Assembly: GCA_963789955.1 (NCBI GenBank)
Contig: CAWBMV010000034.1
Location: 320,001 to 384,000, forward strand
DNA: 64,000 bases
From: an uncultured Candidatus Rokubacteria bacterium
GTDB taxonomy: Bacteria; Methylomirabilota; Methylomirabilia; Rokubacteriales; CSP1-6
Reading direction: 5' to 3'
Both the position numbers and the translations under genes were made by a program. This document shows, piece after piece, positions 50,765 to 60,837 of the stretch; the stretch's first letter is position 1, and each line of letters opens with the position of its first letter. Under the pieces are notes generated by a model, which worked only from the letters and a program-made list of their open reading frames with translations, searched no databases and had not been told where the DNA came from.

Positions 50765-51437
50765 CGGCGTTGTCCGACAACTCGGCCGCGGTTCCGGTGA
50801 GCGCGATGGAGCCCGTCTCCAGGACGTACCCGCGATGCGCGATCGAGAGCGCCATGGCCGCGTTCTGCTCGACCAGCAAGATCGTCATGCCCTGGCGGTT
50901 GATATCGATGATCGTGTCGAAGATCTGCTCCACGAGGACGGGCGCCAGCCCCATGCTCGGCTCGTCCAGCAGCAGGAGCCGTGGATTCGCCATGAGCGCG
51001 CGCCCGATCGCGAGCATCTGCTGCTCGCCGCCCGACAGGGTGCCGGCGACCTGGGTGACGCGCTCGGCCAGACGCGGGAACAATCCGAAGACCCGCTCGA
51101 GGTCGCCCGCGATTCCGGCGTCGCTTCTGAGGTACGCGCCCATCGTCAGGTTCTCGCGGACGGTCAGACGGTTGAAGATCCGCCGTCCCTCGGGCACGTG
51201 CGCGACGCCCCGCGCCACGATCGCGTGCGGCGGCACGTCGAGGAGCGACCGGTCCTCGAGGGTGATGGCGCCGCGGGTCGGATGGAGAAGCCCGGAGATC
51301 GTCTTGAGCGTGGTCGTCTTGCCGGCGCCGTTGTTGCCGAGGAGCGTGACGATCTCGCCCTGTCCGACCTCGAGCCCCACGCCCTTGAGTGCTCGAATCT
51401 CACCGTACGACACATCGAGCGACTCGACCTTAAGCAC
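50736..51437 (-). CDS. livF: Branched-chain amino acid ABC transporter ATPase
   Basis: GNNGAGKTT, VPEGRRIF, LSGGEQQMLA, LDEPSMGLAP, VEQNA. Confidence 0.93.
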   Translation of the reverse strand: MLKVESLDVSYGEIRALKGVGLEVGQGEIVTLLGNNGAGKTTTLKTISGLLHPTRGAITLEDRSLLDVPPHAIVARGVAHVPEGRRIFNRLTVRENLTMGAYLRSDAGIAGDLERVFGLFPRLAERVTQVAGTLSGGEQQMLAIGRALMANPRLLLLDEPSMGLAPVLVEQIFDTIIDINRQGMTILLVEQNAAMALSIAHRGYVLETGSIALTGTAAELSDNADVRRAYLGE

Positions 51438-52221
51438 GCGGCTTCGCCCTCGGCCCGGCGCCGCGCTTGCCCAGGTAGGCTTCGATCACGCGTGCGTCGC
51501 TCTGGACCTCGCGCGGCGGCCCCTCGGCGATCTTCTCGCCGTGATCGAGCACGGTGACCCGGTCGGAGACCTCCATGACCACGCGCATGTTGTGCTCGAT
51601 CAGGATGATGGCGATGCCGAAGTCGGCCACGAGCCCACGCAGCAGATGCATCAGGGCGCCCGCTTCCCCCTGGGTCATGCCGGCCGTCGGCTCGTCGAGG
51701 AGCAGCAGCGCGGGCTCGGAGGCGAGCGCGCGGGCGAGCTCGAGCCGTCGCCGATCGCCGTACGGCAGGTTGCGCGCGACGACGTTCGCGCTGACCTGCA
51801 GCCCGACGCGATTCAGCAACGCGACCGCGCGGGCGGCCAGCTCGGATTCGGTCCGGCGGAAGCCCGGGCTGCGCGACAGGACATCCCACAGACGGAGCGA
51901 GATGCGCGAGTTCATGCCGACGAGCACGTTCTCGATCGCCGTCATGTTGGCGAAGAGACGGATGTTCTGGAACGTGCGGCAGATGCCGAGCGCCGTGATC
52001 TGGTCGGGGCGCAACCCGAGCAGCGGCTGGTCGCGGAAGGTCACGCTGCCCTCGTCCGCCGCGTAGAGGCCGGTGAAGATGTTGAAGAGCGTCGTCTTGC
52101 CGGCGCCGTTGGGTCCGATGATCGACGAGATGCCACGGTCGACGGCGAAGTCCACGCCGTGCAGCGCCGTGAGCCCGCCGAACCGTTTCGTGACGCCCCG
52201 GGCTTCGAAGAGGGCCGGCAC
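51430..52221 (-). CDS. livG: Branched-chain amino acid ABC transporter ATPase
   Basis: GPNGAGKTT, RTFQNIRLF, LPYG..RRLE, LDEPTAG, VIEAYLG. Confidence 0.93.
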   Translation of the reverse strand: MPALFEARGVTKRFGGLTALHGVDFAVDRGISSIIGPNGAGKTTLFNIFTGLYAADEGSVTFRDQPLLGLRPDQITALGICRTFQNIRLFANMTAIENVLVGMNSRISLRLWDVLSRSPGFRRTESELAARAVALLNRVGLQVSANVVARNLPYGDRRRLELARALASEPALLLLDEPTAGMTQGEAGALMHLLRGLVADFGIAIILIEHNMRVVMEVSDRVTVLDHGEKIAEGPPREVQSDARVIEAYLGKRGAGPRAKPRA

Positions 52222-52276
52222 GGTCGCGGGCTCTACGACGCCGCCCCGCGCGGTGTCCCAGCGGCGAGCGCCGGCT

Positions 52277-53470
52277 TCAATGAGCGAGCTCGCGCTGGCG
52301 ACGGCGCGCGGGGAAGATCCCTTGCGGGCGGAAGATCATCATGAGGACGAGGATGATGCCGAACACCATCCGCTCGTACTTGGCGGGCTCGAACTGGGTC
52401 GGGAGATCGGCGAGGCTGTAGCCGAAGATCGTGACGCCCGCGTTCTTGAGCTCGTTGAGCCAGAGCGAGAATCCCTTCAGGACCTGAAGATTCAGCACGG
52501 TCACGACGGTGGCCCCGACGATCGCCCCGGGAATCGAGCCCATCCCGCCCAGGATGACCATGGCGAGGACGCCGATCGACTCGAGGAAGGTGAACGACTC
52601 CGGGTTGATGAAGACCTGCTTGGCCGAGAACAGAACGCCCATCACGCCGGCGAACGACGCGCCGCAGGCGAACGCCATGAGCTTCATGCGCACGAGCGAC
52701 ACGCCCATGGCCCGCGCGGCCAGCTCGTCCTCGCGGATCGCCTCCCACGCCCGGCCGATGTGCGAATCCTCGAGCCGGCGGTTGACGATGACGACCGCCA
52801 CCACGATGAGCAAGGCGAGGAAATAGAAGTACTCGCCGTACGGAAGGCCGAACGGCGTCGGAGGCCGCATGATCGGCGTGATGCCCTTGGGGCCGTTCGT
52901 GAGGTTGATCGGCTTGTCGAGGTTGTTCGCCAGGACCCGGATGACCTCACCGAAGCCCAGGGTGACGATGGCCAGGTAGTCGCCGTGCAGCCGCAGCACC
53001 GGCAAGCCGAGCAGAATTCCGGTGGTCGCCGCCGTGGCGAGCCCGACGAAGAGAAAGATGTAGAACCACCAGCCGGCCAGCGGGAACATCTCGCCGCCGA
53101 AGATGACGTTGGCGTGTGGCGAGCCGAGGATCGCCCAGGAGTACGCGCCGACGGCGAAGAAGGCCACGTAGCCGAGATCCAGGAGTCCCGCCAGCCCAAC
53201 GACGATGTTGAGGCCGAGCGCCAGCGCCACGAAGATACCGACCTGGGTCGCGACCTCGAGATAGTAGCTGTTGTAGTACCCGATCGTCGGCATCAGCACC
53301 AGGAGACTGATCGCCAGGAGCGCCCAGCGTAGCCGTTCCGGTATCCGCGCCCTGTAGACGAAGAGCAGCGAGCCCTGGAACAGGAGGAAGATCAGGACGG
53401 AGCGCGGAAACGTGGCGACCGCGACCGCGGACAGCCCGACCAGCGCCACGGCGATCAATGACCAGATCAC
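52277..53470 (-). CDS. livM: Branched-chain amino acid ABC transporter permease
   Basis: LGLNIVVGLAGLLDLGY, GDYLAIVTLGFGE, AIREDELAA, LGGMGS. Confidence 0.93.
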   Translation of the reverse strand: MIWSLIAVALVGLSAVAVATFPRSVLIFLLFQGSLLFVYRARIPERLRWALLAISLLVLMPTIGYYNSYYLEVATQVGIFVALALGLNIVVGLAGLLDLGYVAFFAVGAYSWAILGSPHANVIFGGEMFPLAGWWFYIFLFVGLATAATTGILLGLPVLRLHGDYLAIVTLGFGEVIRVLANNLDKPINLTNGPKGITPIMRPPTPFGLPYGEYFYFLALLIVVAVVIVNRRLEDSHIGRAWEAIREDELAARAMGVSLVRMKLMAFACGASFAGVMGVLFSAKQVFINPESFTFLESIGVLAMVILGGMGSIPGAIVGATVVTVLNLQVLKGFSLWLNELKNAGVTIFGYSLADLPTQFEPAKYERMVFGIILVLMMIFRPQGIFPARRRQRELAH

Positions 53471-54438
53471 GCTCGCTCCCGCACCACTTCGCCGAGGAGG
53501 CCCTTGGGCCGGAAGATCAGGATCAAGATCAGCATCGAGAAGGCGAGGATGTCCTTGTACTCGGCGCCGAACGCGCCGCCCGTGAGCAGGGACAAGTAGG
53601 CGGCCGCGAACGCCTCCAGGAGCCCGAGGACGAGCCCGCCGACCATGGCGCCGGGAATGTTCCCGATGCCGCCGAGCACCGCCGCGGTGAAGGCCTTCAG
53701 GCCGGGGATGAAGCCGCTGTACGGGTTGATCAGGCTGTACTGAACGCCGAACAGCACGCCCGCGGCACCGCCCATCGCCCCACCGATCAAGAACGTGAGC
53801 GAGATGATCCGATTGACATCGATGCCCATGAGGCTCGCCGCCGCCTGATCCTCGGCCACCGCACGGATCGCGGTACCGACCTTCGTGCGGTTCACGATCA
53901 GGTGGAGGGCCAGGAGCATCAGCAGCGCCCCGCTGATGACCACGAGCGACTTGACCGAGACGTCGATGTTCTCGGTGATCTCGAAGCGGAGGTTGAGAGC
54001 GTCCATCGTCGGATAGACGAGATTGAAGGCGTTTCGCCAGAGCGACTCGACGAGGCGGATGAGGTCCTGCAGGAAGAAGGAGATCCCGATCGCGGAGATC
54101 AACGGAATCAACCGGGGCGCACCGCGCAGCGGACGGTAGGCGATCCGCTCCACCGTGACGGCGAGCAGCCCGCTGGAGGCCATGCCGGCTACGAGGACCA
54201 GCAAGAGCACGAGCGGCCAGGGAAGACCGTCGAGGAGCCCGATGCTCTTCAGGCCGAGAAGGATCTCGACGCCGACGAAGGCGCCGAAGATGAAGATCTC
54301 GGAGTGCGCGAAGTTGATGAACTCGAGGACGCCGTAGACCATCGTGTAGCCGAGCGCGATGAGGGCGTACATGAAGCCGAGAGTGATGCCGTCGAGAAGT
54401 ACCTGTGGAAAGATCCCGATCAGAAGCTCGACGTCCAT
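53467..54438 (-). CDS. livH: Branched-chain amino acid ABC transporter permease
   Basis: YALIALGYTMVYG..INFAH, AYRPLR, KAFTAAVLGGIG. Confidence 0.93.
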   Translation of the reverse strand: MDVELLIGIFPQVLLDGITLGFMYALIALGYTMVYGVLEFINFAHSEIFIFGAFVGVEILLGLKSIGLLDGLPWPLVLLLVLVAGMASSGLLAVTVERIAYRPLRGAPRLIPLISAIGISFFLQDLIRLVESLWRNAFNLVYPTMDALNLRFEITENIDVSVKSLVVISGALLMLLALHLIVNRTKVGTAIRAVAEDQAAASLMGIDVNRIISLTFLIGGAMGGAAGVLFGVQYSLINPYSGFIPGLKAFTAAVLGGIGNIPGAMVGGLVLGLLEAFAAAYLSLLTGGAFGAEYKDILAFSMLILILIFRPKGLLGEVVRERA

Positions 54439-54452
54439 GTTCTAGGCCGCAA

Positions 54453-54545
54453 AGTCGGAGGGGGCGGCCGGGCCGGGGTCCCCCGCAGAACCTGTGTTGT
54501 TTTCAGGTTTCGCGGGGGACCTCGGCCCGGCCGCCCCCTCCGACT
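54453..54545. repeat. Long inverted repeat (42-bp arms, 9-nt loop), REPIN-like
   Basis: Arms 54453-54494 and 54504-54545 match at 39 of 42 positions by manual comparison. Confidence 0.9.
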
Positions 54546-54548
54546 ACG

Positions 54549-55754
54549 CTATTTCTTGGGGGCGGCAGGCGCGGCGATCGCCAGCTGCTTGACGATCTTG
54601 TTGGAGCCCCAGTTCGCCGGATCGTCGCTGGCGACCTGCAACACGAAGTACAGCGCCTTCTTGCGGTCGCCCTTGCCGTCGAACTCGATGTCGCCGGTGA
54701 TGCCGTTGGGCAGTTTGGTCTTGCGGACGGCCGTCGCGACGTCTTCGCGCGTCGGCATCTTGCCGCCCTTCGCCGCCGCCTCGATGCCCTTGAGGGCGAT
54801 CGTGGCCGCATCGTAGGCCTCGGCCGCATACGGCTCGGGATTCTTGCCGAACTTCTTCTTGAACTCGTCGACGAAGGCCTTGGCTCTCGGGAGCTCCGAG
54901 GCGGGGCCGGCCGCCGAGGTGTAATACATCCCGACCACGGCCTTGCCGGCGATCTTCGTCAGATCCGACGAGTCCATGCCGTCGGGACCGAAGAACTTGC
55001 CCTTGACGCCTTTCTCGCGGGCCTGTTTGAAGAACGGCGCCGCCTGGTCGTAGATGCCGCCGAAGTAGATCACGTCCGGGTTCTTCGCCTTCATCGGCGT
55101 GACGATCGGGTCGAAGTTCGACTTCTCCTCGGTGCCCTCGAAGCCGACGATCTTCAGGCCTTTCTTCTCGGCGTCGGCCTTGAAGAACTCGGCGACGCCC
55201 TGACCGTACGGCGTCTTGTCGTGGATGATGTAGACGGTCTTGGCCTTCATCGTGGCGTGCGCGAACTCGGAGCCGACGACGCCCTGGACGTCGTCACGCC
55301 CGCAGACGCGGTTCACGTTCGGGTAGCCGCGGTCGGTCACGACCGGGTTGGTGTTCGCGGGCGAGATCATCGCGAGCGAGACTTCCTTGTAGACCTCGGA
55401 GGACGGAATCGCGACGCCCGAGTTCAGGTGCCCGATGATCGCGAGGATGTCCTTGTCGGCGATGATGTTCTTGGCGTTCGCCACACCGACGTCGGGCTTG
55501 GCCTGGTCGTCGAAGGGCACGAGCTCGACCTTGAAGCCCTGCTTCTCGAGCGCGCCCTTGAATTTCTCGATGGCGAGCTGCGCGCCGAGCTTGATGCCCT
55601 CGCCGAGCGCCGCCTGACCGCCGCTGAGAGGACTCTGCGTGGCGATCTTGATGGTGCCCTTGCTACCTTGCGCCTCGAGATTCGAGGCCGGGAGTAGCCC
55701 CACGGCCAGAATGGCGGCGAGCGCAAGAACGAGAAAGCCCCTGTGACGGATCAT
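54549..55754 (-). CDS. livK: Branched-chain amino acid ABC transporter substrate-binding protein
   Basis: Signal peptide, PLSG, DDQAKP, GHLNSGVAIP, GRDDVQG, DKTPYGQG; RBS AAGGAGG. Confidence 0.9.
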   Translation of the reverse strand: MIRHRGFLVLALAAILAVGLLPASNLEAQGSKGTIKIATQSPLSGGQAALGEGIKLGAQLAIEKFKGALEKQGFKVELVPFDDQAKPDVGVANAKNIIADKDILAIIGHLNSGVAIPSSEVYKEVSLAMISPANTNPVVTDRGYPNVNRVCGRDDVQGVVGSEFAHATMKAKTVYIIHDKTPYGQGVAEFFKADAEKKGLKIVGFEGTEEKSNFDPIVTPMKAKNPDVIYFGGIYDQAAPFFKQAREKGVKGKFFGPDGMDSSDLTKIAGKAVVGMYYTSAAGPASELPRAKAFVDEFKKKFGKNPEPYAAEAYDAATIALKGIEAAAKGGKMPTREDVATAVRKTKLPNGITGDIEFDGKGDRKKALYFVLQVASDDPANWGSNKIVKQLAIAAPAAPKK

Positions 55755-55821
55755 CGGTGCCCTCCTTAGACGATTAAGGCGCGATTTCGGTCACGTGACG
55801 AGTGCCGGTCGGCGCGGCGAC

Positions 55822-55827
55822 ATTATA
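55822..55827 (-). promoter_or_regulatory. Candidate -10 box for the liv operon
   Basis: TATAAT about 70 nt upstream of livK; the nearby TTGACG is only 13 nt away, so the -35 is unclear. Confidence 0.35.
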
Positions 55828-56467
55828 GCGACGCGCGCCGCGTCAAGTCACGTTCCGCGCGGATCGCCGCGACGAATTCGCGGGTCGCCGCGGCCGGATC
55901 GGAGGCTCCGCAGACCGCCGAGATCACCGCGACACCGTCGGCGCCGGCGCGAATCACCCGGGCCACGTTCGCGCGGGTGATTCCGCCGATCCCGACCAAG
56001 GGCGCCTTGGTCTCCGGCCGAACGGCCCGAAGCAGCTCAGGGCCCACGAGCTCGAAATCAGGCTTGGTTTGCGTCGGAAACATCGAGCCGACGGCGATGT
56101 AGTCGGCGCCGTCCGCCTGCGCCTGCCGGGCCTGAGCGACACTGTGGGTCGAGCGGCCCAGCACCATTCCCGGGCGCAGCAGGGGCCTGGCGGCGCGCGG
56201 GGGCAAGTCGTCCTGGCCGAGGTGAACGCCGTCGGCCTCGACGGCGACGGCCAGGTCGACCCGGTCGTTCACGATGAACGTGACGCCGGCCCGCCGGCAC
56301 CGGTCACGCAGCCGCTCGGCCAACGGCAAGAGGCGACCGGTGGGCCATTCCTTCTCGCGGAGCTGAATCATGCGGCAGCCGCCGGCGATCGTCGCGTCGA
56401 GGATCTCTTCGAGGTCGCGGCCGCGAGCGGCGGCTCGATCGAGGATGACGTACAGCGAGGGGTCCAT
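55823..56467 (-). CDS. thiE: Thiamine phosphate synthase
   Basis: IQLREK, IVNDRVDLA, GVHLGQDD, GRSTHS, FPTQTK, GIGGI. Confidence 0.96.
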   Translation of the reverse strand: MDPSLYVILDRAAARGRDLEEILDATIAGGCRMIQLREKEWPTGRLLPLAERLRDRCRRAGVTFIVNDRVDLAVAVEADGVHLGQDDLPPRAARPLLRPGMVLGRSTHSVAQARQAQADGADYIAVGSMFPTQTKPDFELVGPELLRAVRPETKAPLVGIGGITRANVARVIRAGADGVAVISAVCGASDPAAATREFVAAIRAERDLTRRASL

Positions 56468-57804
56468 CAGCCGCGGCGTCGGACCAGGTCGACCTTGCTG
56501 ACGCGGCCCTCCTGGAAGGCCGGGTCGTCCAGGACTCTCAGATGGAACGGAATCGAGGTCTTGACGCCTTCGAGCACCGTCTCGCGGAGGGCGCGGCGCA
56601 TCCGGTCGATCGCCTCCTCACGGCTGGCGCCCCGGACGATGATCTTGGCGAGCAGCGAGTCGTAGAACGGCGGGACGGCGTAGGGCGCCATCAAGTGGCT
56701 ATCGACGCGGACGTTGAAGCCACCGGGCGGCACCCACATCGTCACGCGGCCGGCGCTCGGGGCGAAGGTCTCGGGATCTTCGGCGTTGACGCGGCACTCC
56801 ATCGCGTGACCGTCGAACCGTACGGCGTCCTGTCGATAGCCGAGTGGCTCGCCGATCGCGATCCGGATCTGCTCGCGGACGAGATCGATCCCGGTGATCA
56901 TCTCGGTCACCGGATGCTCGACCTGGATCCTGGTGTTCATCTCGATGAAGTAGAAGTCGCCTTCTTCGTCGACCAGGAACTCGACCGTGCCCGCGCTGAC
57001 GTAGTTGACGGCCGCCGCCACGGTGAGCGCGGCCTTGCGCAGGCCGTCGCGCGTCCGGTCGGCCAGGAGCGGCGCGGGAGACTCCTCGATGAGCTTCTGG
57101 TGTCGCCGCTGGACCGAGCAGTCGCGCTCCCCGAGATGCACGCGCATGCCGTTGCGGTCGCCGAGCACCTGCACCTCGACGTGGCGCGCGTTCTGGATGT
57201 ACTTCTCGCAGTAGACCTCCGACGAGCCGAACGCCGCGCCGGCCTCGGACTGACAGGCGTCGAAGGCCTGCACGACCTCGCCCCGCTCCCTGACGATCCG
57301 CATCCCGCGACCACCGCCGCCGGCCGCCGCCTTGAACATGATCGGGTAGCCGATGCGATCGGACACCTCGAGCGCCTCGGCGGAGCCCTTGAGCGCCACC
57401 TCGCTGCCCGGGATCACCGGAACGCCCGCCTGCATCGCGATCTGACGCGCCTGCGCCTTGTCGCCCATCAGGCGGATCGCCTCGGGCGAGGGGCCGATGA
57501 ACGTGATCGAGCACGCCCGGCACACCTCGGCGAAGGCTGGGTTCTCGGCGAGAAATCCGTAGCCCGGGTGGATGGCCTCGCTGTCGGTGACGGCGGCGGC
57601 TGAAATGATCGCGGGGATGTTGAGGTAGCTCTCTCGCGCCGAGTCGGGCCCGACGCAGATCGTCTCGTCGGCCAGCCGCATCGGCAACGAATGGGCGTCG
57701 GCCTTCGAGTGGGCGAGCACCGAGCGGATCCCGAGCTCGCGGCACGTGCGGATGATCCGCAGCGCGATCTCACCCCGGTTCGCGATCAGGATCTTGTGGA
57801 ACAC
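56467..57804 (-). CDS. accC: Acetyl-CoA carboxylase biotin carboxylase
   Basis: KILIANRGEIA, IHPGYGFLAEN, GGGGRGMR, RDCSVQRRHQK, EMNTRIQVEHPVTE. Confidence 0.97.
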   Translation of the reverse strand: MFHKILIANRGEIALRIIRTCRELGIRSVLAHSKADAHSLPMRLADETICVGPDSARESYLNIPAIISAAAVTDSEAIHPGYGFLAENPAFAEVCRACSITFIGPSPEAIRLMGDKAQARQIAMQAGVPVIPGSEVALKGSAEALEVSDRIGYPIMFKAAAGGGGRGMRIVRERGEVVQAFDACQSEAGAAFGSSEVYCEKYIQNARHVEVQVLGDRNGMRVHLGERDCSVQRRHQKLIEESPAPLLADRTRDGLRKAALTVAAAVNYVSAGTVEFLVDEEGDFYFIEMNTRIQVEHPVTEMITGIDLVREQIRIAIGEPLGYRQDAVRFDGHAMECRVNAEDPETFAPSAGRVTMWVPPGGFNVRVDSHLMAPYAVPPFYDSLLAKIIVRGASREEAIDRMRRALRETVLEGVKTSIPFHLRVLDDPAFQEGRVSKVDLVRRRG

Positions 57805-57807
57805 GGG

Positions 57808-59092
57808 TCAGCCGCCGAGGACCCGCCGCCACTGGGACTCGAGCTCGGTCAGGCGCAGCCCGTAGACGCGCGGCATCGCCTCGGCCATGGTCTCGCCGGC
57901 GCCGAGCCGGGCCAGGAGCTCGCGCAGCGGGTCGATCCCGCCGCGGTCGAGGAGATCGCGGACGATCCAGAGCGCGATGTCGTAGCCGGCGCGCGCGCGG
58001 AGGGGATCGGAGTCGCCGGCCAGCGCCTCGACGCCGGCGAGCGTGAGACCGGCCGGAGCCCGGAGGATCGGGTCCGACGTCGCGCCCTCGAGGACCTGAG
58101 CCAGCCCTTCGTGGAGCCAACGAGGCGCGCGGCCCCGCGCCAGCTCGTGAATCGCGGCGTGGGCGTACTCGTGGACCACCAGGCGCTCCAGCTCGTGAGC
58201 CGGCGGGCTGACGCGGCCGACCGGGAGTCGGATCTTCCCGTCGAAGAGCCCGGTCGCCCATGCGTGGACGCGCGTGACGTCGCGGAACTCGCGATACTCG
58301 TACAGCACGACCGTCGTCCGCTGTTGCGGGACGTACGCGAGCGTCCGGCCGACGCGCGCGGCCGCCGCCTCGAGCTGCGCGACGAGCTCACGCCGGACGT
58401 CCGCGTCGAGGGTCTCGCGGTATTTCACGACGAAGCGCGGCGTGATCTCGCGCCGGAAGCCCGCCTCGGCGCGCCACTCCCGCTCGACCTTGTCGAGCAA
58501 TCGGCGCGCGGGCTCGTTGGTCGGCTCGTGCTCGAGCACCGACTTGAGATTGACGACGGCCTGCGCCGGGTTGTCGCGGCGGTCATGCAGATGCGCGAGC
58601 AAGAGCCGGACCTCCGGATCGTACTCCACTCGGGCGGCTCTCTCGAGCGGCGCGAGCGCGTCGTCGGGGCGACCGGCGTGGACCGCGGCGACCCCGAGCC
58701 CTTTCAGGAGCGCCGGATCGTCCGGTGTCTCGGTCAGGCCCTTGGTGAACAGCACGACCGCCTCGTCCGGTCGTCCCTCGCGGAGCTCGTGCCAGCCCCA
58801 GCCCTCGAAGCAGCGGACCACGTCCTGACGTCGCGCCACACTCGCCGGATCGTCCGCGGCGGCGAGGCCGAACTTCTCGCACGCGCGCGGAAATTGCCCG
58901 GTCGCGTACAGCCGGATGGCCTCCTCGGTGACCGCCTGCGCGTCGTGCGCACGAAGGGACGCGAACACGACGGTCCGCTCGGCGCCGCCCCGCTCGTACC
59001 GCCGACCTTCGCGCCAGCCGAGCAGCAGCGCGGCGCCGCCGAGCAGCAGCGCGGCGAGGACGAGCAGGCGGAGGTCGACGGAAGAGGGGCAC
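57808..59092 (-). CDS. TPR plus gluzincin (peptidase MA-like) membrane-anchored protein (start uncertain)
   Basis: N-terminal TM LLVLAALLLGGAALLLGW, TPRs, WATGLFDGKIR, HEYAH, PRWLHEGLA. Confidence 0.8.
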
Positions 59093-59100
59093 GCCTGGGC

Positions 59101-59577
59101 TCAGCGCGCGGGATCGATCAGGAACAGAGATTGGCCGAACTCGACCGGGTGCGCGTTCTCGACGAAAATTTTGACGACCCGCCCGGCCACCTTGGACTCG
59201 ATCTCGTTCATGAGCTTCATCGCTTCGATGATGCAGAGGATCTGGCCTTCCTTCACGAGATCGCCTTCGCTGACGTAGGGATCCGCCGTCGGCGAGGACG
59301 CGCGATAGAAGGTTCCGACCATCGGCGCTTCGATCGTCACGCCCGAGGCGGACTCGATCTCGGCGGCGGCCGGCCGCTCGACGGACGCCACGACGGGCGC
59401 GGCGGCGACGACGGGCGGCGCGGACGCGGCCCCCCCGCGCTGCAGGCGCACGCGAACATCACCGACGGTCACGTCGATCTCGGAGAGACCGAGCTCGGTC
59501 AGCAGGGTGCCGAGCTTGCGCGCGAGCTCGACCGGCGCGCCCTCGCCCCCGCCGGGTTGGCGGCGCCGCTTCGCCAT
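59101..59577 (-). CDS. accB: Biotin carboxyl carrier protein
   Basis: APMVGTFYR, IIEAMKLMNEIE. Confidence 0.97.
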   Translation of the reverse strand: MAKRRRQPGGGEGAPVELARKLGTLLTELGLSEIDVTVGDVRVRLQRGGAASAPPVVAAAPVVASVERPAAAEIESASGVTIEAPMVGTFYRASSPTADPYVSEGDLVKEGQILCIIEAMKLMNEIESKVAGRVVKIFVENAHPVEFGQSLFLIDPAR

Positions 59578-60149
59578 CAGGCACCCGCCGTGGCGACGCG
59601 GCCGAGATACTCGCCGGTCCGGGTGTCCACCTTGACCACGTCGCCCTCGCTCAGGAAGAGCGGTACCTGGACGACCGCGCCCGTCTCGAGCGTCGCGGGC
59701 TTCGTCCCGCCCTGGGCGGTGTCGCCGCGGACGCCGGGATCGGTGCGGGCGATCGCGAGCTCGACGAAGTTGGGGAGCTCGACCGCCGTCGGCGAGCCGG
59801 CGATGTAGAGCACGTCCACCTCGGTGTTCTCCCTCAGGTACTCACGCGCCTCGCCGACCTCGTCGGCCGAGAGCGAGAGCTGCTCGTACGTCTCGGTGTC
59901 CATGAAGTTGTAGCGATCGTCCTTGTAGAGGAACTGCATGTGCTTTTCTTCGAAGTCGACCAGCTCGACCTTCTCGCCCGATCGGAACGTGTTGTCGATG
60001 ACCTTGCCGAGCTTCATGTGCTTGAGCTTCGTCCGGACGAACGCGCCGCCCTTGCCCGGCTTCACGTGCTGAAAGTCGACGATCGTGTAGGGGTTGCCGT
60101 CGAAGACGATCCGGAGCCCCTTCTTGAACTCGGCCGTTGACACCTGCAT
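59577..60149 (-). CDS. efp: Elongation factor P
   Basis: QHVKPGKGGAFVR, FMDTETYEQ, PGVRGDT..GGTKPATLETG. Confidence 0.98.
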   Translation of the reverse strand: MQVSTAEFKKGLRIVFDGNPYTIVDFQHVKPGKGGAFVRTKLKHMKLGKVIDNTFRSGEKVELVDFEEKHMQFLYKDDRYNFMDTETYEQLSLSADEVGEAREYLRENTEVDVLYIAGSPTAVELPNFVELAIARTDPGVRGDTAQGGTKPATLETGAVVQVPLFLSEGDVVKVDTRTGEYLGRVATAGA

Positions 60150-60154
60150 CGAAC

Positions 60155-60784
60155 CTAGCCTTTCCGTCTTTGACGCGCGCGGAGCGCAGTCTCGAGCCGG
60201 TCCCGCGCCTCTCGATGATCCGGATTCTTTCGGAGGATCCGGGTAAAGATCTGCGCGGCCTCCTCGACGCATCCCTGCTCGAGGCAGAGCGCGCCAAAGG
60301 TGACCGTCGCGAACGTGTCGTCGGTCAGCACCCGCGCGAGCCCGGTGGCCTCGCCGGACGGCGGCGCCGCCGCGCGCAGCAGCGAGAGCAGCCCCTGCGA
60401 TTCGCGGTCGCTCGGATCGAGGGCGACGGCTGCTTCGAGGTGCCGCACGGCCTCGTCGATGTGGCCCAGCCGTCGCTGGATCTCCGCCGCCAGGCGATGA
60501 CACTGAACGTCCTTCGGACTCATCTCGAGAATCGCCTCGAGCTCGACCTGCGCCGGGGCGAGCTGGCCGTCGGCCACGAGCGCCTTGGCCAGGATCAGCC
60601 GAGCCGTCGTGTAGTGCGGATAGCGCGTGAGCCCGTTGCGACAGAGCGCGATCGCGTCGCGCGTCCGTCCGGCCTTGCGATAGAGGTCGGCGAGCTGCGC
60701 GAAGGCGAGGGAAGCGGGATCCCGCGCCAGCCGCTCCTCTTGCCGGCGGATGGCGCCGACGATCGTCTGATCATCCCCGGGCAT
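60155..60784 (-). CDS. TPR protein
   Basis: DPASLAFAQLADLYRKAG...HYTTARLIL, TFATVTFG...QG. Confidence 0.8.
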   Translation of the reverse strand: MPGDDQTIVGAIRRQEERLARDPASLAFAQLADLYRKAGRTRDAIALCRNGLTRYPHYTTARLILAKALVADGQLAPAQVELEAILEMSPKDVQCHRLAAEIQRRLGHIDEAVRHLEAAVALDPSDRESQGLLSLLRAAAPPSGEATGLARVLTDDTFATVTFGALCLEQGCVEEAAQIFTRILRKNPDHREARDRLETALRARQRRKG

Positions 60785-60837
60785 CCCAGCCTGGTTATAC
60801 GGAGCGCAAGTTTCCATTGTCAACCCTGCCTCGTGGG

